NCBI GenBank assembly: GCA_964428475.1
Contig: CAYRYO010000001.1
Span: 16,702-80,701 of the forward strand
Reading direction: 5' to 3'
Length of the DNA stretch: 64,000 nucleotides
Source: an uncultured Tissierellaceae bacterium
GTDB taxonomy: Bacteria; Bacillota; Clostridia; Tissierellales; Tissierellaceae
The notes below the pieces were generated by a model. It was not told the DNA's origin, did not search any database, and saw only the letters and a list, made by a program, of their open reading frames with translations. Position numbers and translations under genes: made by a program. Shown in pieces: positions 58,933 to 64,000 of this stretch (positions are counted from its first letter, which is position 1; each line of letters opens with the position of its first letter).

Positions 58933-60522
58933 TTGAGAAAAAGATTTAATAACAATGGAATAGCATTGCCTATGGTATTAATTGCTCTCGTAATTACAAC
59001 AATATTTGGTGTTGTCTTGTTATTTATGACTAATACACAAACTAAATTAAATTCATTAGATAAACAGTCAAAAATATCCTTTGAATATGCAGAGTCTGGA
59101 TACAATAAATATCTTTGGCATTTAAATGATGACCCAGAATTTTATTTGACTCAAGATAGCAAAGATATGATGAATAAAGATATTGAATTCCAAAATGGAT
59201 TTTACAGACTAGAGGTTGAAAGGCCCGATGATGAAGATAGGTTTGTAGTTATTAAATCCACTGGTTGGACAAAAGAAAATCCTGATATTAAGAGAACTAT
59301 TATAGCAAAAATCCGAAAAAAACAATTCGTACATCATGTTTATGTAAGTGATAGCGATGGTGATAATATTTGGTGGACAAAAGGAGATGAAAGTTTAGGA
59401 CCTTTACATACTAATAAAGATATTAGAATACAACAAAATCCAATATTTTATGACACGGTAAGTTATTCTGGTCAGCTGAAAAAAGGCACCAACTATTCAC
59501 CTGATTTCAAGGTAAAAAATCCTTTGCAACCAGAAAAAACAAATACTTTGGATTTCCCAAATCATAATAAGGATTTAAAAACATGGGCTGAAAAAGATAA
59601 TATGGTTTTTAAAGGTAGAACTTGTATATATTTAGATGGTAAAAATATTAAAATTAGAAATGGTAATGATTCTGTAGATAAAATAAAAACAATTTCAATA
59701 TCATCAATAAAGAACAAAGTAATATATGTTGAAAAAGATCAAGGTGGCGGTACTGGGAAGTTTGATATAAAAGCTGGAAACATATTTATATCAGGTGAAC
59801 TAGAGGGTGAATTGACTATAGGTGCAGAAAATAATGTTTATATAACATATGATGATCCAACTAACTGGTATGATTATGATAATGATAATATGAATAATTT
59901 CTCGAAAAAACCAAATCAACCACCTCAATCGTTTAAATGGAGTGATGGCAAATGGAGAGATTACCCAGAAAAGGGTGGTATCAGATATTCTAAAACTACA
60001 TTTAGTTTATCGAATGGTAAGATGACTAGGTCGGCTAATGGAGATGATATGTTAGGTTTAATTGCTAATAATGAAATATTAATATTACATTATGGATGGC
60101 CCAAAAGAGCGTTGAGATCAGATTTAAGTGATAATTACTGGAATTTTAAATGGAGGCTAGATAGTAGTTGGTTTGGATGGAATAAAGAATGGGTTAAAGA
60201 GTCTTATGAATATGATTTTGCACCCCAAGATATTACAATACATGCTGCTTTATTTTCAATTAATAGTGGGTTTGGATTTGAGTCATACAATAGAGGAAAT
60301 CCAAGAGGTGAGATTAAAATATGGGGGAATATTACTCAGAGGGAAAGACTACCTGTCGGAAGTATTGGATCTAATGGAAGTGTTATCCATGGATATAATA
60401 AAGAGTATATACATGACCCTCGTATGCTATATAACTATCCACCACATATAATAGAACCTACCAATGTTGGTTGGGAAATCCATGAATGGAAAGAAGTAAA
60501 TGACCATGTAGCTAGAAAATAA
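58933..60522 (+). CDS. Large PilX/PilK-like pilus protein (529 aa), non-canonical prepilin N-terminus, beta-helix-like body
   Basis: MRKRFNNNG|IALPMVLIALVITTIFGVVLL has a hydrophobic pilin-like helix but no E+5, as in PilX/GspK. TTG start after AAGGAG. The body has repetitive G-x-h-x-h strand patterns. Confidence 0.65.
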   Translation: MRKRFNNNGIALPMVLIALVITTIFGVVLLFMTNTQTKLNSLDKQSKISFEYAESGYNKYLWHLNDDPEFYLTQDSKDMMNKDIEFQNGFYRLEVERPDDEDRFVVIKSTGWTKENPDIKRTIIAKIRKKQFVHHVYVSDSDGDNIWWTKGDESLGPLHTNKDIRIQQNPIFYDTVSYSGQLKKGTNYSPDFKVKNPLQPEKTNTLDFPNHNKDLKTWAEKDNMVFKGRTCIYLDGKNIKIRNGNDSVDKIKTISISSIKNKVIYVEKDQGGGTGKFDIKAGNIFISGELEGELTIGAENNVYITYDDPTNWYDYDNDNMNNFSKKPNQPPQSFKWSDGKWRDYPEKGGIRYSKTTFSLSNGKMTRSANGDDMLGLIANNEILILHYGWPKRALRSDLSDNYWNFKWRLDSSWFGWNKEWVKESYEYDFAPQDITIHAALFSINSGFGFESYNRGNPRGEIKIWGNITQRERLPVGSIGSNGSVIHGYNKEYIHDPRMLYNYPPHIIEPTNVGWEIHEWKEVNDHVARK

Positions 60523-60536
60523 AATATAAGCTAGAT

Positions 60537-60566
60537 TTGTAATTTATACCAATTAGCTGATATAAT
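60537..60566 (+). promoter_or_regulatory. Candidate sigma-A promoter for pilMNO
   Basis: TTGTAA (60537-60542), 18-nt spacer, TATAAT (60561-60566). Confidence 0.4.
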
Positions 60567-60659
60567 ATTAATATCTTCTAAAGAAAACATAGAAAATTAT
60601 AATATCAAAAAACTTTACAAATAGATAACAAACTAACCAACTAAAAGGAGGTACAGCAT

Positions 60660-61730
60660 TTGAAATTATTTAATTCCAATAAAAAAATATTATCAATAGA
60701 TTTTGGTTCATCTGAAATCAAAATAGTAGAAGGACAAGCTACAAAAGATACCATAACTATATCTAAAAACTATATTTTAAAAACTCCTCAAAACATATAT
60801 GAAAATGGGAAAATAATAAATACAATTAATCTATCTAATGATATAAAAGAAAGGCTAAAGTCCTCAAAAATTAACAATAAACTATCGTCAACAGCTATCA
60901 TCAACAGCACATCAATCATCACCAGAGAAGTAAATATACCAAGGCTATCAGAAGATGAAATACAGTCCATTGTTGATTTTCAACTATCTGAATTTCTTCC
61001 TATTAATCCAGATGATTATGTAGTAAATCACCTTACTATAGGCACCATAGAAACAGAAGGAACCGAAAAGCTTCGTATACTCCTAGTAGCTATACCAAAA
61101 GAGATGGTTATAAGTCATTTAGACCTAATAAAAGAATCTACCCTAAAACCAGAAATCCTAGATTTCCAAGGTAATGCTATAGCAAAGTTGCTAAATTTCA
61201 ACACCACTATAAATGGAACTCATCCTATTAGTGGACAAACTATAGCTGCTATTGATCTTGGGAATACTAATACTTCTATTTCTATAGTGCAAGATGGAAA
61301 TATAGAAGTCACTAGAACTATTGATATTGGTGCTAGTACATTATATAATAGTTTAAGAAATCTATTTGATTTTTCATTAGAAGAAGCTGAAAAAAAAATC
61401 AAAGCAATTGAAAATATCAATCATATAAATCAAGAATTTGACGATTACAATAGGATGCTTAATTTAACTCGTTCATCTTTTGAAACTCTGATAGAGAAAA
61501 TTGAAAGTGTAACCAGGTATTATACTACTCGTAATTCAAGAAATGCAATAGATTTGATTGTATTACATGGAGGATATTCGAAGATTCCTGGAGTAGCCGA
61601 TGTATTTTCAGAAAACTTAAATATTGAAAGTATAAGACTTCAATCTTTAGATAAGGTGAAATTTGATGGAGACTTATCTCTTTATGCAAATGCAATAGGT
61701 GGTCTTATTCGTAGAGATGAGGTGAAATGA
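60660..61730 (+). CDS. pilM: Type IV pilus assembly protein PilM (actin-like ATPase)
   Basis: ILSIDFGSSEIKIVEG phosphate-1 motif, AAIDLGNTNTSISIV phosphate-2 motif, and LHGGYSKIPG. TTG start after AAGGAGG. Confidence 0.88.
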   Translation: MKLFNSNKKILSIDFGSSEIKIVEGQATKDTITISKNYILKTPQNIYENGKIINTINLSNDIKERLKSSKINNKLSSTAIINSTSIITREVNIPRLSEDEIQSIVDFQLSEFLPINPDDYVVNHLTIGTIETEGTEKLRILLVAIPKEMVISHLDLIKESTLKPEILDFQGNAIAKLLNFNTTINGTHPISGQTIAAIDLGNTNTSISIVQDGNIEVTRTIDIGASTLYNSLRNLFDFSLEEAEKKIKAIENINHINQEFDDYNRMLNLTRSSFETLIEKIESVTRYYTTRNSRNAIDLIVLHGGYSKIPGVADVFSENLNIESIRLQSLDKVKFDGDLSLYANAIGGLIRRDEVK

Positions 61731-62308
61731 TGAAGGATTTAAATTTTTTTGAACCTTACATAGAAAAAAGAGAGTTTAAAGTTGATCGAAAGCTTGTTTA
61801 CGCTTCTCTGGGTATACTTATTGTAATTATAGTCTTTGTCTATTCTGTTTTTAACTATATTTTAATAAGGCAAGAAGAAAAGACTATTGCGAGTTTAAAG
61901 GAAATAGGTGACAATGAACAGACTCTACAAAAGATAGAAGAGATAAAAGAAAAACAAGCAGAAGTGGAAGAGTTTAGAGAGTCCGTTGACAAGATAGTGA
62001 TGTTAGATGAAAGCCTTCAAAAAACTGATAAGATAGCTTCTAACTTATTGGAAGATATAACTCGCAAGATGCCGAATGAGGTTTTTATTACGTCTATTTC
62101 TATAAGCGCATCTGATATACAAATAGTTGGGATTGCAGAAGACAATTGGAGTATAGCTGAATTTGGAAGGGGACTTGAAGATATTGATTTAGGTGATGTG
62201 TTTATATCGAATATATCTAATCAAGATAATCATTACAATTTCAATATAAATATAATGACAGAGGATGTGATAGGAGATGGCGAAATCGTTGAGGAAGCGG
62301 AAGATTAG
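61727..62308 (+). CDS. pilN: Type IV pilus assembly protein PilN
   Basis: DLNFF N-terminal PilM-binding peptide, one TM, coiled coil, ferredoxin-like C-terminal part. ATGA overlap with pilM. Confidence 0.8.
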   Translation: MMKDLNFFEPYIEKREFKVDRKLVYASLGILIVIIVFVYSVFNYILIRQEEKTIASLKEIGDNEQTLQKIEEIKEKQAEVEEFRESVDKIVMLDESLQKTDKIASNLLEDITRKMPNEVFITSISISASDIQIVGIAEDNWSIAEFGRGLEDIDLGDVFISNISNQDNHYNFNINIMTEDVIGDGEIVEEAED

Positions 62309-63662
62309 GCAATTAACAAAAAAAGAAAAAATATTACTTATATTGCTTGGAATTGTTATTTTATTTTGGTTATCATATAGATTTATTTATATTGCTCAAG
62401 TTGAAAAAATGAAGGCTTTAAGTTTAGAAAAGATTGAATATGAAGCAGCGATACAAGATATAAACTTAATTTTAAGAAGAGAGAAATCTATAAACAATGA
62501 ATGGTATGATTTAAATGAGAAGAAAAAGAAGATAATTGCAAGTTATTTTCCAACATTAGATCAAGCGCAGATAATTTATCTTTTAAATGATTTAACAAGT
62601 CATGAAGATGTAGAGATTCAAGATATTAGCTTCAGTAGGCCTTCTATGACGGATTTTGAAGATTTCCAAGTAAGGAGTATGGATATATCTATTCCCTATA
62701 GTGGAAAGTATCAAGGTATAATCGACATACTTGATTCTATTAAAAATAGTCCTAGAAAGATAGCTGTAAATTATTTATCTATAGATAGGTCATCTGATGG
62801 AAATTTAAATGGGAATATGGATCTTAAGATATACAGCTTAGATGGTATAGCAGAGTCTGATAAAGATATAATTTACATAGATACAAGTTCTGCCAAGGAA
62901 AAGGACAATCCTTTTTCAGGCTATGAAAGTTATGAGAAAGGAATGTCTGAAGAAGGAGAACTTGATGCAGATGAGGTAGAATTAAAACCTTATATTGAGG
63001 ACATACTTTTGGATTTTGAATCTAGAAATTGCTATTTTGTACCTTCGCAGGAATTAGTAAAGGGCGATGTTAGTTTGTCTACTAATTCTAAATCAAAGAG
63101 ACATTCGCTAAAGTTAGAATACAATATAATTGCTATAGACGAGGAAAATAGGGCCTTTATAGATGTTACAAAAAACAGAATAGTTCTTAAATATCCTCCA
63201 AATAGCATTGGAATATGGATATATTCATATGATTATTCTCCAGTGACTTTTGGTATTGGATTTAAAGGACAAATGGGTGAAGATATACTTGTTCCTTTTA
63301 CAGAGGGCATAGGGTGGACAGGCTGGAAATACATAGAAACAAATCCTCCTGAAGAGCTATCTCTTTATCCACTTAAACTTGAAAGACTTTATCTTGAAAT
63401 TCCAAGCGATAGAGATAACTATGGAGTGCTTTTGATTGATAAACTTGAAGCTATGTATACTAGAAATATAGATGAAGATGGAAATGACAGTAGTATAGGA
63501 GACTTTATTTTTCATGTAGTAGATAGGGGCGATACTTTGGAAAAGATAAGTGAAAATTACTATGGAGTTAAAACTTATAAAGATGAGATTAGAAAGTTAA
63601 ATGAATTAAAGACTGGAGATATATTGCCGGTTGGAAAAGTTCTTGTATTAAAAAAACATTAA
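62277..63662 (+). CDS. PilO-like protein fused to an unknown beta-rich domain and a C-terminal LysM domain
   Basis: Basic N-terminus, TM (ILLILLGIVILFWL), coiled coil and PilO-like fold. The last ~50 aa, HVVDRGDTLEKISENYYGV...LNELKTGDILPVGKVLVL, form a LysM motif. Confidence 0.75.
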   Translation: MAKSLRKRKIRQLTKKEKILLILLGIVILFWLSYRFIYIAQVEKMKALSLEKIEYEAAIQDINLILRREKSINNEWYDLNEKKKKIIASYFPTLDQAQIIYLLNDLTSHEDVEIQDISFSRPSMTDFEDFQVRSMDISIPYSGKYQGIIDILDSIKNSPRKIAVNYLSIDRSSDGNLNGNMDLKIYSLDGIAESDKDIIYIDTSSAKEKDNPFSGYESYEKGMSEEGELDADEVELKPYIEDILLDFESRNCYFVPSQELVKGDVSLSTNSKSKRHSLKLEYNIIAIDEENRAFIDVTKNRIVLKYPPNSIGIWIYSYDYSPVTFGIGFKGQMGEDILVPFTEGIGWTGWKYIETNPPEELSLYPLKLERLYLEIPSDRDNYGVLLIDKLEAMYTRNIDEDGNDSSIGDFIFHVVDRGDTLEKISENYYGVKTYKDEIRKLNELKTGDILPVGKVLVLKKH

Positions 63663-63674
63663 GAAGGTGAATAT

Positions 63675-64000
63675 ATGAAAAAGACTAGATTGATATCTAT
63701 TATATTAATAATAACAATATTATTTACTAGTATTGCAGTTTTAGCTGAAGATGAAAAAGAAGAGACAAAACAATCTGCTTACGATGCTGGATATATAAAA
63801 GGACAGGAAGATAAAGGGGATTCAATTAAAATGCCTTCTTTTGAGCAGATAAAGAATTTATATGATGGAAAATACAAGGATGATTTTCTAGAAGGATATA
63901 TAAAAGGGTTTATTGATGGTAAGAGCACCTATGGTAAAACATTAGGTTCAAAATTAGGAGAAATTGAAGGAGAAACAGATTTTAGAAAGGGATATATTTC
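63675..64000 (+). CDS. Secreted protein with repeated GY(I/x)KG motifs, 5' part (continues beyond the window)
   Basis: ATG at 63675 follows GAAGGTG. Signal peptide MKKTRLISIILIITILFTSIAVLA. Repeats YDAGYIKGQEDKG / FLEGYIKGFIDGK / FRKGYI. Open to the window end. Confidence 0.6.
   Translation, partial: MKKTRLISIILIITILFTSIAVLAEDEKEETKQSAYDAGYIKGQEDKGDSIKMPSFEQIKNLYDGKYKDDFLEGYIKGFIDGKSTYGKTLGSKLGEIEGETDFRKGYI

Noticed and set aside
60173-60451. 92-aa alternative-frame ORF inside the PilX-like gene
   Set aside because: It is on the same strand and internal to a longer ORF with a pilin-type N-terminus and RBS. It has no independent start signal.
1-64000. Searched the window for CRISPR arrays, transposases, integrases, phage genes, toxin-antitoxin pairs, restriction-modification or other defence-island signatures, and for rRNA or tRNA genes
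   Set aside because: I saw no regularly spaced direct repeats, no recombinase-like ORFs and no cloverleaf-like intergenic sequences. The gene content is core housekeeping and sporulation plus one pilus locus.

Overview
Visibly AT-rich chromosomal core region of a spore-forming Clostridia-class Firmicute. Almost all genes are on the + strand, and no CRISPR array, transposase, integrase, rRNA or tRNA gene is visible. In order, the window holds: (1) a dcw division/cell-wall cluster (murD' - ftsW/spoVE - murG - murA - divIB - 2x DUF881 - sbp - ftsZ) running into the sporulation block spoIIGA - sigE - sigG. (2) ylmC, nrdR and pgeF. (3) A PAS/sigma-54 enhancer-binding protein followed by a textbook -24/-12 promoter and the full oxidative L-ornithine degradation operon (ord-ortA-ortB-oraS-oraE-reactivase-orr). 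(4) An EamA transporter, rarA, T-box-controlled asnS, leuS, degV and a TDH-like epimerase. (5) A small island of uncharacterised genes (DUF3343, a minus-strand beta-propeller-like protein, a Cys-rich acidic protein). (6) iscR-nifS-nifU, an AI-2E transporter, and the alaS-ireB-ruvX-DUF1292-mltG-trmR-U32-udk block, interrupted by an AKR-ferredoxin fusion, fur, rnj and queT. (7) A SpoVD-like PBP, an uninterrupted sigK and a YlaJ-like spore lipoprotein. (8) A 13-kb type IV pilus locus (pilB-pilT-pilC | c-di-GMP-I riboswitch | pilA | pilD, three prepilin-like proteins of which two are very large, pilM-pilN, and a PilO-like protein fused to a LysM domain). The strongest leads are the riboswitch-gated pilin leader, the oversized minor pilins, the PilO-LysM fusion, the sigma-54 control region of the ornithine operon, and the orphan gene pair at 30.7-32.8 kb. 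I saw no clear-cut novel multi-gene system. All function calls come from motif and family recognition by eye, with no searches run.
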